IMG/VR virus record: IMGVR_UViG_3300033076_000903
Location: 1-35,723 of that record
Reading direction: 5' to 3' (one strand)
Length of the DNA: 35,723 nucleotides
Source: a virus
Lineage: Duplodnaviria; Caudoviricetes
Shown here one piece after another: positions 1-8,409 of this stretch. The notes beneath the pieces were generated by a model that was not told the DNA's origin, did no database searches, and saw only the letters and a list, made by a program, of their open reading frames with translations. Within the stretch, counting starts at the first letter, position 1; the number at the start of each line of letters is the position of its first letter. The translations under genes and the position numbers were made by a program.

Positions 1-76
1 GAGAGTTGGCCAGACACGATACCATTCAACTTGCTGAGCAGAAAGCTCGCGATCAGTTCGTGAATGAATGATCCAC
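1..76. repeat. Terminal direct repeat, copy 1 (circular or terminally redundant contig)
   Basis: 1-76 is identical to 35610-35685. The next 38 nt (77-114 vs 35686-35723) align without gaps but with 13 mismatches. Confidence 0.95.
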
Positions 77-117
77 ACAGAGCCTTTGCGACGATAGGTA
101 ATCACGGTATAACGCAC
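1..117 (-). CDS. 5' part of a small minus-strand ORF spanning the genome junction (~60 aa, MRYTVITYRRKGSVWIIHSRTDRELSAQQVEWYRVWPTL...)
   Basis: GTG at 117-115 lies 4 nt after TAAATA (127-122). The frame is open through position 1 and continues via 35609 to TAA at 35546-35544. Differences between the two end copies include 3 synonymous codons in this frame. Confidence 0.5.
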   Translation of the reverse strand, partial: MRYTVITYRRKGSVWIIHSRTDRELSAQQVEWYRVWPTL

Positions 118-142
118 AGGATATTTACTCTGTGTGTAAATA
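116..142 (+). promoter_or_regulatory. ACAGG-N16-TAAATA putative promoter, leaderless
   Basis: TAAATA at 137-142 and ATG at 148 (5-nt spacer). ACAGG at 116-120 has the same 16-nt spacing as the CCWGG sites. Confidence 0.65.
122..127 (-). promoter_or_regulatory. TAAATA putative late-type promoter (leftward), back-to-back with the rightward site
   Basis: TATTTAC-N7-GTAAATA inverted arrangement at 122-142; GTG start 4 nt downstream. Confidence 0.6.
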
Positions 143-147
143 GGTAT

Positions 148-243
148 ATGACCAAACCAATCCAAATGGGTGCAGGTCCTGTGCGATTGCCAGGCCGTAA
201 GACATTTCCAAATCCCAATCCAATTCCTGTGCCACGCCAATAG
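148..243 (+). CDS. 31-aa Pro-rich peptide MTKPIQMGAGPVRLPGRKTFPNPNPIPVPRQ (below ORF-track cutoff)
   Basis: ATG 5 nt after TAAATA and TAG at 241-243; fills the gap before the next promoter. Confidence 0.55.
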   Translation: MTKPIQMGAGPVRLPGRKTFPNPNPIPVPRQ

Positions 244-256
244 ACGCAAGTCTACA

Positions 257-283
257 CCAGGTATTTGGCCTTGTGGCTAAATA
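257..283 (+). promoter_or_regulatory. CCAGG-N16-TAAATA putative promoter, leaderless
   Basis: CCAGG 257-261, TAAATA 278-283, ATG 289. Confidence 0.75.
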
Positions 284-288
284 GGTGT

Positions 289-642
289 ATGGAACTTGAA
301 AAAGATTCAACTCATTCAACTCGCAAACACGGTGGCGCAAGGCCTGGCGCTGGACGCCCCAAAGGCTCCAGCGACAAGCTCACAGCCCGTCACCTGCTGG
401 AAACCTGCCAACAGGTCATTGGCAAGCCCTTTGAGGTCAGCCTCTTGGAAGGTTATAGAGATGCCATCATCAACGCAGACGCCAGAAACCGTGCGGTGTA
501 TGAGAAAATGATCTTGGACAAGGTAAGCACCACCTTGATAGAGGCTGAAGTCACAGAAAGCGAAGACGCTGTGGCTGCCAAAGCGGCGGCTTTCAAAGAT
601 GCCTTGGCTAAACTGGTCAGTTTAGATCAATCAACTAAATAA
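289..642 (+). CDS. Probable terminase small subunit (117 aa; start revised from 265)
   Basis: N-terminal [14 protein letters not shown] motif typical of phage TerS-like proteins; located at the head of the packaging module; ATG 5 nt after TAAATA. Confidence 0.6.
   Translation: MELEKDSTHSTRKHGGARPGAGRPKGSSDKLTARHLLETCQQVIGKPFEVSLLEGYRDAIINADARNRAVYEKMILDKVSTTLIEAEVTESEDAVAAKAAAFKDALAKLVSLDQSTK
636..641 (+). promoter_or_regulatory. TAAATA putative promoter, leaderless
   Basis: ACTAAATA overlaps the upstream Lys-stop; ATG at 647 (5-nt spacer). Confidence 0.6.
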
Positions 643-646
643 TACT

Positions 647-820
647 ATGCCCTTAATTAAATCAACTTCAAAGAAGGCCATTGGCAAGAACATTGCCACG
701 GAGATCCGTGCGGGCAAACCGCCCAAACAAGCTGCGGCCATTGCCTATGCTACACAGCGTGAAGCTATCAAGGACAAGGCCCGTTCAACCGCCCGCAAGG
801 CAAAAAGGAAAATGAAATGA
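647..820 (+). CDS. 57-aa basic phage protein [57 protein letters not shown] (not in ORF track)
   Basis: Open frame with ATGA coupling to the next gene at 817-820. Resembles the common MPL..S.KA...NI..E...GKP.KQA.AIAY small phage protein type. Confidence 0.85.
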   Translation: MPLIKSTSKKAIGKNIATEIRAGKPPKQAAAIAYATQREAIKDKARSTARKAKRKMK

Positions 821-1203
821 AACATATGAAACCAGCTGGCACACAGCGTGACGTGGGTCTGGGCTTTGATGGTGCCCAGCGTGAAACTCAAACCAACATT
901 CGCCAACGGGTCTGCTACAATCAGCACACTGGCAAAGCCAATGACGGCGCCTTGATCAACAAAGGTCGTGGTCCTGTCAAGGGCAACACAGGTACCTTGG
1001 CAGACGGTTCGTGCCGTCCTCCAACCAGTGCTGTGCCTGGTTTGCCTGCACAAGGCAGTACACGTGATTCAATCAACCGTGGTGCTCAGGTTCGTACGCC
1101 AGGCGGCACAAGAAGTTTTGAACCTTCAGGCACACAGAACTATCGCGGTAACGCAGATGCCATCAACGCAGGCCGTGGACCAACCAAAGGGAATCAATGC
1201 TGA
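817..1203 (+). CDS. Hypothetical Gly/Arg/Asn-rich, likely disordered protein (128 aa)
   Basis: Coupled to neighbours by ATGA and TGATG overlaps; internal repeat IN.GRGP.KGN occurs twice. Confidence 0.75.
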   Translation: MKHMKPAGTQRDVGLGFDGAQRETQTNIRQRVCYNQHTGKANDGALINKGRGPVKGNTGTLADGSCRPPTSAVPGLPAQGSTRDSINRGAQVRTPGGTRSFEPSGTQNYRGNADAINAGRGPTKGNQC

Positions 1204-1532
1204 TGACAACTTCTTTCGCACCCACAGGCAAGAGCATTGTGCTTGCCTACACAGATGACAGCACAGAAACTTCCAGTCTGGAAGGTGGTGCTACCAAATT
1301 CCTAGTTGTGAATCCTGACACAGCCAATGTTGTGGTTGTGAATTTTGGATTCACGGACGGCGATGTGGATGCTGTTGTGCCCACTTCTGGTGCCAATGGA
1401 CGGGGCACAGTGATTGCACCAGCCAGCCAAATCGTTTTGGAAGTTCCCCAATGTGCGTATGCCGCACAAGTTTATGTCAGCGTTGCTGGTGACAGCGCCA
1501 CTGGCAACGTTTATCTAACCCCAGGAGCCTGA
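1203..1532 (+). CDS. Hypothetical beta-rich protein, possible virion decoration (109 aa; start probably 1203, alternative 1197)
   Basis: TGATG overlap; Val/Thr/Gly-rich alternating pattern. Confidence 0.7.
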   Translation: MTTSFAPTGKSIVLAYTDDSTETSSLEGGATKFLVVNPDTANVVVVNFGFTDGDVDAVVPTSGANGRGTVIAPASQIVLEVPQCAYAAQVYVSVAGDSATGNVYLTPGA

Positions 1533-1533
1533 T

Positions 1534-1872
1534 ATGGCACGACACGGCGAAGTATTGATTGAAAAAAACAAGAATGGTAGCGGCAAGGTCTCTACCAAGA
1601 ATCCACAGGCCAAACCTGTGAACCAGGCACAAGGTCCCAGATCAGGCAACACAGGCAATACCGCCAAGCGTGCCAAGTTCCGTGCAGAAAAGAGTGCCAC
1701 AGGCAGCGAAAAGTCAGCCTTGGCCACGATGATCACAGACGCACTCAGCGGTCGTGGTGCTGGTATGCAGGGGCGGATTGACAAGACTGTGGAAGGCCTG
1801 CACAGCGACACAGGTCCCAAGCGCAATCCCACCGCAGGTGGCACGCACTACAAGATGACAGGCCGCAAGTAA
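1534..1872 (+). CDS. Hypothetical basic, likely disordered protein (112 aa)
   Basis: AGGAG Shine-Dalgarno upstream, tight packing, Lys/Gly-rich. Confidence 0.75.
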   Translation: MARHGEVLIEKNKNGSGKVSTKNPQAKPVNQAQGPRSGNTGNTAKRAKFRAEKSATGSEKSALATMITDALSGRGAGMQGRIDKTVEGLHSDTGPKRNPTAGGTHYKMTGRK

Positions 1873-1881
1873 GGACCAAAT

Positions 1882-2808
1882 ATGAGCGCCAGTTTTCCTG
1901 GAGCCACACAGGGTTACGGTAGCAGCAGTCCAATGAGTATGGACGTGATTCCTACTCAGACTATGCCAGGCGGTGACATCTACAGCCAACAAGGTCAGTT
2001 CCTGTACAATGCCAACAATCCCTTGGCAGGAATGGGCGGCGGACAGATGTCCCCTGATCTGCAGGCTTACTATACGTATTTTGATCAGATGTATAAACCT
2101 GGTATGAACAGCGATCAGATCCGCAATGATTTTTATGCAATGACGCCTGAGCAACGGGCCAGTTATGCCACACCAGGCAACCAATATGCGGGTATGGGCA
2201 TCGCTCCATCCCAGGACCTTGGTGTCAGAGAGAGCAGCCTTGGCAAACCAGGATTGGTTCCACCAGAACTAATGGGTCAACAGCCACCTGGCCCTGGTGC
2301 GCAACAGCCGCCACAACAGACTCCAATAACTGATTTCAGTATGCTGTTGACACGGCCGTTTAGGCTTCCAGCGGAACTAATGGGTCAACAGCCACCTGGG
2401 CCGCCACCATTTCCAACGCTGCAACAAAATCCAGCGTTCAGCCAGCCTGGTACAACTCAACCAAATATTAGTTATGGTATGTCTGATGAACAGTTGATGG
2501 CCATTGTTAAACCTGGATTCAGGGATCTGCAACAACCCGCACCACCACCCGCGACCCAACCTGGTACGCCACAACAGATACAAAACATTGGTAAGGGGCA
2601 ATCCAGTCTGGTAGATCTGTTGACACCACCCAAGTCAGGGCCTGGTCCACAACCACAGCCACAACCCAAGGCCAATCCATTTGCCAATTTTGTGTCCAGA
2701 CCACAACCACAGCCACAACCTGTGGTCAGACCCACGGCCAGACAGGCCGTGCGTGTGAATCCACCATTGAGAACCGCACTTAGACCACCCACCAGAGGTA
2801 GACGATGA
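1882..2808 (+). CDS. Pro/Gln-rich low-complexity protein (308 aa)
   Basis: TAAGGA SD upstream; ATGA overlap with the next gene; PQPQPQP tracts and duplicated ELMGQQPPGP. Confidence 0.8.
   Translation: MSASFPGATQGYGSSSPMSMDVIPTQTMPGGDIYSQQGQFLYNANNPLAGMGGGQMSPDLQAYYTYFDQMYKPGMNSDQIRNDFYAMTPEQRASYATPGNQYAGMGIAPSQDLGVRESSLGKPGLVPPELMGQQPPGPGAQQPPQQTPITDFSMLLTRPFRLPAELMGQQPPGPPPFPTLQQNPAFSQPGTTQPNISYGMSDEQLMAIVKPGFRDLQQPAPPPATQPGTPQQIQNIGKGQSSLVDLLTPPKSGPGPQPQPQPKANPFANFVSRPQPQPQPVVRPTARQAVRVNPPLRTALRPPTRGRR
2266..2399 (+). repeat. 26-nt exact direct repeat GAACTAATGGGTCAACAGCCACCTGG (2266-2291, 2374-2399)
   Basis: Read directly; in-frame intragenic duplication. Confidence 0.9.
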
Positions 2809-2975
2809 AACCTGGACTCTATGCCAACATACACGCCAAGCGCCGTCGTATCAAGGCAGGCAGTGGTGAGCGTATGCGCAAGCCAGGCACCCAGGGAGCA
2901 CCCACTGCCGCGGCCTTTGAACGCAGTGCCAAAACAGCCAAAAAGCCAGCAAAAAAAACACGCCCCGCTAAATAA
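2805..2975 (+). CDS. 56-aa basic phage protein MKPGLYANIHAKRRRIKAGSGERMRKPGTQGAPTAAAFERSAKTAKKPAKKTRPAK (not in ORF track)
   Basis: GAGG SD and ATGA overlap. Resembles the GLYANIHAKR.RI..GSGE.MRKPG..GAPT small protein type of aquatic podoviruses. Confidence 0.85.
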   Translation: MKPGLYANIHAKRRRIKAGSGERMRKPGTQGAPTAAAFERSAKTAKKPAKKTRPAK

Positions 2976-2995
2976 ACACGCTCACCCAGTGAGTG
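2969..2995 (+). promoter_or_regulatory. TAAATA putative promoter followed by a 5' leader hairpin
   Basis: TAAATA 2969-2974; hairpin CGCTCAC-CCA-GTGAGTG at 2979-2995; AAAGG SD before ATG 3028. Confidence 0.55.
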
Positions 2996-3027
2996 GCAGT
3001 ATAGCATAGACAACGAAAGGTATAGAA

Positions 3028-3816
3028 ATGAAAAAACTTGCTACCCCCTCCACCCCCAGCCCCTGGGAAGACACCGCAGTCACACCAGAGGCACACCAAG
3101 CGGCCCGTCCCCAAAGCAAAGCAGAAGTCATAGCCAAGAACGCAACTCCTGCTGTGGAATTTGATATGGAAGGCCTAATGACAGACTTTCCCACAGCCAA
3201 AGAGCTGGAGCGATTCGTCTATGACCAAACAGGCATTGTGCTGAATCTCAAAGGTCGTGCCAACAAGCTGAAATATCAAGTGGCTATGGACGTGCTCAAT
3301 GGCAAAGAAGTTGATGCCATATTTGTGGGTGGCGACAATCCCTACATTGAACGGGCAGATATGGTGCCTGTGGAAGATCTGCGTCCCACACCGCCGCGTG
3401 ATGCCAGTTTACCAGATCACAGCCAGATCCAGAATCAGTTTGTTTCAAGACTGGTGCCACATCCAGATCAAGAATTCCGTGCCTTGGACCGCAAGGTAGA
3501 TTGTGTGTTCCGCAAATACAGGAATGGTATGATCAGCTATGAAGTGCTAGGCCCCATTGACCAAAGACCAGAAGGTGAAAAGATGGACAAGTTTGGCCGT
3601 ATGCGACCAGAAATCATACGCTGGGTAGATCCCAGAACAGGTGAGCAGTTGGTGATCCGTGCAGATGGCACCCTGACACCAATGGGTCGCAATCTGCGTG
3701 CAATGATGCAACGTCTCAAATTCAATGACTCAAACTGGTGGGATGTGTTTGTGGACCGTGAATTTGCTGATATGGTGGGTGGAGAACTCAACAATCCCTG
3801 GGATGTCAAAGAATGA
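3028..3816 (+). CDS. Hypothetical protein (262 aa)
   Basis: Long ORF with SD and globular-looking composition; no family recognised. Confidence 0.85.
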   Translation: MKKLATPSTPSPWEDTAVTPEAHQAARPQSKAEVIAKNATPAVEFDMEGLMTDFPTAKELERFVYDQTGIVLNLKGRANKLKYQVAMDVLNGKEVDAIFVGGDNPYIERADMVPVEDLRPTPPRDASLPDHSQIQNQFVSRLVPHPDQEFRALDRKVDCVFRKYRNGMISYEVLGPIDQRPEGEKMDKFGRMRPEIIRWVDPRTGEQLVIRADGTLTPMGRNLRAMMQRLKFNDSNWWDVFVDREFADMVGGELNNPWDVKE

Positions 3817-4100
3817 TGGGCGAATGGAAGGACGAAGCCATACGTCAAGCCAGGGAACAGGCAGACGCACACAGACTTCAAGAAACCTTGATTGCTCAAA
3901 AAGTAGGAGCCGCACACAGAGAAGCTTTTCGTGAAAAGTTTCCTGGGCAGATTGAACACTGTATGCGGCTCATAGCAGAACGCCTACAACAGGGCCTGCG
4001 CAAGGATGCAGATGTGAGCATCAGCGATTGCAGTGCCAAAGACCTCTCCTGGGCCCTGCTGAATCTCTACAAGATACACACAGACTTGATCAAGGAGTGA
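3813..4100 (+). CDS. Hypothetical helical protein (95 aa) directly upstream of TerL
   Basis: ATGA overlap; its 3' end contains the AAGGAG SD for terL. Confidence 0.8.
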   Translation: MMGEWKDEAIRQAREQADAHRLQETLIAQKVGAAHREAFREKFPGQIEHCMRLIAERLQQGLRKDADVSISDCSAKDLSWALLNLYKIHTDLIKE

Positions 4101-4104
4101 TCCT

Positions 4105-5712
4105 GTGATCAACGATGATGTGCTGACCCGCAGAGCCCTGCGTTGGGCCTGTGAAACCACAGGTGTGGCAGTAGACAACATTGGTCAGTTGCCCACTGAA
4201 GCTCTCAACAAGCTACAAGATTTGACCTTGACCGTGGCAGAAGATATGCGCTGGAACCAGTTGCGATATTTCAGACCATTTGAGCATCAACAACGGTTTT
4301 TTGCCACTGCGAACAGTGACCGCAGAGGTATCTTGGCGGCCAACAGGATTGGCAAGACAGTGTCAACCTGCTATGAAACCGCAATGCATCTCACTGGACT
4401 ATATCCTGCGTGGTGGCAAGGACACAGATTTGACACAGCCATAACAGCAATGGTGGCTGGTGAAGGCTGGAGCCAGGTGGCAATGGTGTTGCAAAATGAA
4501 CTCTTGGGCACACAGGATGTCAAGATCTCTGACAACATAGGCACAGGGGCCATTCCCCGCGCCTGTATAGTGCGTGAAACTATGCGTTGCGATGGTGCCA
4601 ACTGTTTGGGTGTGGAGATTCTACACACCACAGGTGCCAAAAGCTACCTGTTGTTTGCCAACTACACACAAGAAGTTCGCCAAATGCAGGGTTTCAAACT
4701 GAATCTTGCTGTGTTTGATGAACAACCACCAGATGATTTCTTCAGTGAGATAGTGACCAGAACCGCAACCACACAGGGCAAGATACTTTGCAGTTTTACA
4801 CCACTCAAAGGTCTCAACGGCCTGGTGTCAAAGTTCTGGAACCGCGAACCTGGCTATGATTTTATCCGCGTTAGTTGGGAGGATGTGCCAGAATATGATC
4901 CCTGGGGTGAACCATTCTTGCTGAAATCAACGCGAGCTCAATTGGAGCGTGATTACTTGCCGCACGAGCGTGAAGCTCGTATTGCTGGTAAACCCGTAAT
5001 GGGTCAAGGTGCTGTGTTTCAAATACGCACCTGGCCTACCTATGCCACAGGCGAGTATAACTTTAGACAAATGCCAGGTATACACAGAGTTATCAGCTTG
5101 GACTTGGGCTTGGTCAACGACAAAACTGTGATAAGTTTGATGTATTGGCACCCTCAAGAACGTGAAGCTTGGCTACATCGCCAGATCTGTGTGACTGGCC
5201 TGGAAGAAGCCAACCCAACCAACTACATCAACCATTTGTTGCGTCCTGAAGTGTTTGGCACGCCCATTGTGTTGCCGCCTGATGCGGGCACAGCAGGTCG
5301 CTACACTATGAGTAGTTTGAGCATACGCGAGCTGTTTGAGCAGTACGAACTCAATGTGTGGCCGCGTGCCATAATGAATCCGCCAGACAGCCAAGGGCGC
5401 ACCACCAATCACAAGGCCTATGGCATCAACGTAATGCGCCAAATGCTGGAGGCAGGCACCTTGCACGTGAATGAAAATTGTCAGGATTTCTTGCGTGAAG
5501 CACAAAACTACTATGTGGATCCGCAGGGACGTTTCAGCGACCCAGATGATTGCATTGACAGTGCCAGATATGCCTTGTTAGCCTGCTTGCAAGACATAGC
5601 AGAGCCCTGGGACAACCGCACGCCCAGAGAACGTATGATGGCACAGCGTGATCGTTACATACAAAGACCTGCACCACAGGCCGCCTGGAAGCGCACGTTT
5701 GACCCTAGTTAA
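4105..5712 (+). CDS. terL: Terminase large subunit
   Basis: Walker A ANRIGKT, Walker B LAVFDE, coupling motif SFTP, RNase H-like nuclease motifs SLDLG and DDCIDSARYA. Confidence 0.95.
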   Translation: MINDDVLTRRALRWACETTGVAVDNIGQLPTEALNKLQDLTLTVAEDMRWNQLRYFRPFEHQQRFFATANSDRRGILAANRIGKTVSTCYETAMHLTGLYPAWWQGHRFDTAITAMVAGEGWSQVAMVLQNELLGTQDVKISDNIGTGAIPRACIVRETMRCDGANCLGVEILHTTGAKSYLLFANYTQEVRQMQGFKLNLAVFDEQPPDDFFSEIVTRTATTQGKILCSFTPLKGLNGLVSKFWNREPGYDFIRVSWEDVPEYDPWGEPFLLKSTRAQLERDYLPHEREARIAGKPVMGQGAVFQIRTWPTYATGEYNFRQMPGIHRVISLDLGLVNDKTVISLMYWHPQEREAWLHRQICVTGLEEANPTNYINHLLRPEVFGTPIVLPPDAGTAGRYTMSSLSIRELFEQYELNVWPRAIMNPPDSQGRTTNHKAYGINVMRQMLEAGTLHVNENCQDFLREAQNYYVDPQGRFSDPDDCIDSARYALLACLQDIAEPWDNRTPRERMMAQRDRYIQRPAPQAAWKRTFDPS

Positions 5713-5713
5713 G

Positions 5714-5740
5714 CCTGGTATCTTGACATCTCACTAAATA
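5714..5740 (+). promoter_or_regulatory. CCTGG-N16-TAAATA putative promoter of the head operon
   Basis: CCTGG 5714-5718, TAAATA 5735-5740; GAGGA SD then ATG 5762. Confidence 0.75.
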
Positions 5741-5761
5741 CTAGATGAGGAATCGCCACCA

Positions 5762-8047
5762 ATGCTGAACATCCAACACAAGGTCGTAAGACAACTGAAT
5801 ACTACCAATCCTGTGCTAGACAGGTTTGCCAAACTCAAAGCCCAACTTGACATCAAATGCGCGGCATATTTGCGCTATCTAGGCACCAAAAACGCTGTAA
5901 ATCGTGCCAGTGACTATCATTATTTGTGTCTTGCTGTGAATGATTCAACAGCACCAGTCAATGGCATTGATTATATCCATCCTGTGGTCAAGCCCTGTGT
6001 GGATTATACCACGGCTGTTATGGTCAAAGGTATGGCACCCAATGGCGAAATCAACTTTGAATTCACGCCAGATGGAGAAGCAGATGAAGTGGCCGCAAGA
6101 CAGGCCACCAATATGGTGTCAAAGGTCATCAACGAACAGAATGATCCACATTTTATCCTGCAACGCTGGACAATGGATGCCAATCTGCACAAGAATGGTA
6201 TGCTTATGGTGTTGCCAAAACGCGAGCCTATCACACGTTATGTAGAAACTTCTGGCACAGCAGACCAATTACAGGCCTTTGAACGTCAGGCAGAAGACGC
6301 AGGACTCACGGTGTTGCGCCAAAGTCGCAGAAAACAGCGTGTGGACCTGGCCACAGCACAGCAAGAAATACAGGCCAATCTGCAGGGCCTGGGTCTGCAA
6401 CTGGAGCAGGACAGCATTGACAGCAGTCTTGAACTGGCAGGCCAAGCAGACGTGGACGCAGATCAAGAAATGGCCGCCGCAGATGCCATTGCACAGGCAG
6501 AATTGAGTGGCGAACAACAGATCGTGGCAGATGCCATTGCACGCAACACCATTTACACAGCCAAATACAAACTCACAGGCTACAACCTGCACATCAAGTT
6601 CCGCAACATTGCGCAACACTACTGGATCTGTGATCCCACTGTGCAGGAAATGAAAGATCAACAGTTCTGTGGTTTCTATGATCCAATGAGCATTCAAGAA
6701 GCAGTGCACCTGTATCCTGAAATACAAGACCATCTTGAAGAATTTATGGAGTTTGCTGAGTACAACCAAAACGGTGCCTACCAAGCAGGCAGTGTGCTCA
6801 ACAACTTGGCCATACACGCACGCGACAGCGTGCCCGTGATGGGTATTCCTGTGGAGTCAGGTGTGGGACAAGATCCCCTGGCACGACAGATTACCATACT
6901 CACAGTGTGGAACGCACACGACATTGACGGCGACGGTGAATTGGAACTGGTAGAAATTGTGTTCAGCGGCCAATATATCATCAGTGCCAAGGAAGTAGAA
7001 TTCATACCCGTGGCCAATATGTGTCCCAAACCACTTCCTGGCAACTTTTATGGTATGAGCATAGCAGAAAGCGTGGTGCCAATGCAGGAATACGCAACTT
7101 CTGCGTCGCGTGCAGAGATCCAACTGGGCCTGCTCACAGCCACACCAAGATTGGGTGTCAAACCAGACAAGGTAGACTTTGAAATGCTACAAGATGGCGA
7201 AGCCGCTATCTTTATCCTTGACACCAAGTTTGATCCTGCCACAGACGTGTATCCAATTCCACCGCCCAGCGGCAATTTGGGCTTTTTGGACACAGCAATG
7301 AACCGCATACAACAGGACACAATGGCCATAATTGGTATGACCCAACCAGGCGATGTGTTCAATCCTGAAGTTATGGCCGCTGGCAATTCAGGTGCCAAGC
7401 TACAAATGGCCCTGACTCCCAACCAAATCATACAGGACAACGCTGTGCGCAATGCCGCAGATGGTCTCAAAGAAGCCATTTGGTTGGTTTGGCGCACACT
7501 CATACAGTACGGCGATGATTATGGTGTCAAAAAACTGGCGCAAGAATACCATCCAGATCGCAAACCAGAATTCCTGGACTATGCAGCCTGGGATGATATG
7601 AATTTCTGTGACAGAAAATTGATGCACATTGAGTTGGCCCTGGGTATGATGAGTGAAGAAAACAGGATCCAACGCCAGCAGATGATAGCTACCTTGCAAC
7701 AACAACTTTATCAAAGCCTCACAGGTATGGTGGCCGCAGGCACACTCACACCTGAAAGTTACAAAAAGGTGCGCAAGCCCTATGAAGACACACTTTATGT
7801 GCTGGGAGTCAAAGACGCAGATACATATTTGCCCACAGATGAAGAAGTGATCAAGATGATTGAACAAGCACAACAAGCAGCCAAGACACGTGAACCAGAT
7901 CCACAGGCCAAGAAAGATCTCAGCACTGCTGAACTCAATGCGGCCAAGACACAGCAGATCTTGGCTGAGATTGCTGGTGAGGATCCCAAGAGCCAACTCA
8001 GCTATATGAGTATGGCACAAGGCAAGGGCAAGGACTTTTACAACTGA
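5762..8047 (+). CDS. Portal protein (large podovirus type)
   Basis: Follows terL; 761 aa; motifs DIDGDGELEL and P.P.PGNFYGMSIAE resemble large podovirus portals; Gln/Ala-rich C-terminal barrel. Confidence 0.88.
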   Translation: MLNIQHKVVRQLNTTNPVLDRFAKLKAQLDIKCAAYLRYLGTKNAVNRASDYHYLCLAVNDSTAPVNGIDYIHPVVKPCVDYTTAVMVKGMAPNGEINFEFTPDGEADEVAARQATNMVSKVINEQNDPHFILQRWTMDANLHKNGMLMVLPKREPITRYVETSGTADQLQAFERQAEDAGLTVLRQSRRKQRVDLATAQQEIQANLQGLGLQLEQDSIDSSLELAGQADVDADQEMAAADAIAQAELSGEQQIVADAIARNTIYTAKYKLTGYNLHIKFRNIAQHYWICDPTVQEMKDQQFCGFYDPMSIQEAVHLYPEIQDHLEEFMEFAEYNQNGAYQAGSVLNNLAIHARDSVPVMGIPVESGVGQDPLARQITILTVWNAHDIDGDGELELVEIVFSGQYIISAKEVEFIPVANMCPKPLPGNFYGMSIAESVVPMQEYATSASRAEIQLGLLTATPRLGVKPDKVDFEMLQDGEAAIFILDTKFDPATDVYPIPPPSGNLGFLDTAMNRIQQDTMAIIGMTQPGDVFNPEVMAAGNSGAKLQMALTPNQIIQDNAVRNAADGLKEAIWLVWRTLIQYGDDYGVKKLAQEYHPDRKPEFLDYAAWDDMNFCDRKLMHIELALGMMSEENRIQRQQMIATLQQQLYQSLTGMVAAGTLTPESYKKVRKPYEDTLYVLGVKDADTYLPTDEEVIKMIEQAQQAAKTREPDPQAKKDLSTAELNAAKTQQILAEIAGEDPKSQLSYMSMAQGKGKDFYN

Positions 8048-8409
8048 TGCTTACACAAGAAACCATTGACGCATTCAACACTCGCTTGACGGTGAATTTG
8101 AACACCATCAAGGATATGTCAGCCAGCCAACTGGACCGTGTGAAAGCACACGGCACGGCCGCAGAAGCCTTGCTCAAAAACAAAGATCTGGCCTTGTTCA
8201 TACATCAATGGAAATTTGAAGTGGTAGACCAAATAACAGCCATCACAGGTCATAGCCTGGATGACAATGCCAAGCGGATTGCCCTTAACAATCAGCTCGC
8301 AGGCATAGACAGTTTTGTAGCATCGCTCCAACGAGCGGTGTATATGAAAAACCGTGCGGTAACTCAACAACAAGAGCCCGTGGCGACTAACTTTAAGGAA
8401 ACCCTATGA
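8047..8409 (+). CDS. Small helical protein between portal and scaffold (120 aa)
   Basis: TGATG and ATGA coupling; a position commonly occupied in podovirus head modules. Confidence 0.8.
   Translation: MLTQETIDAFNTRLTVNLNTIKDMSASQLDRVKAHGTAAEALLKNKDLALFIHQWKFEVVDQITAITGHSLDDNAKRIALNNQLAGIDSFVASLQRAVYMKNRAVTQQQEPVATNFKETL

Noticed and set aside
2821-3009. ORF-track ORF 2821-3009
   Set aside because: The overlapping frame 2805-2975 has an SD, ATGA coupling and a recognisable phage protein pattern.
5723-5751. TTGACA upstream of the portal gene as a sigma70 -35
   Set aside because: No TAnnnT -10 at 16-18 nt spacing; the site is better explained by CCTGG-N16-TAAATA.
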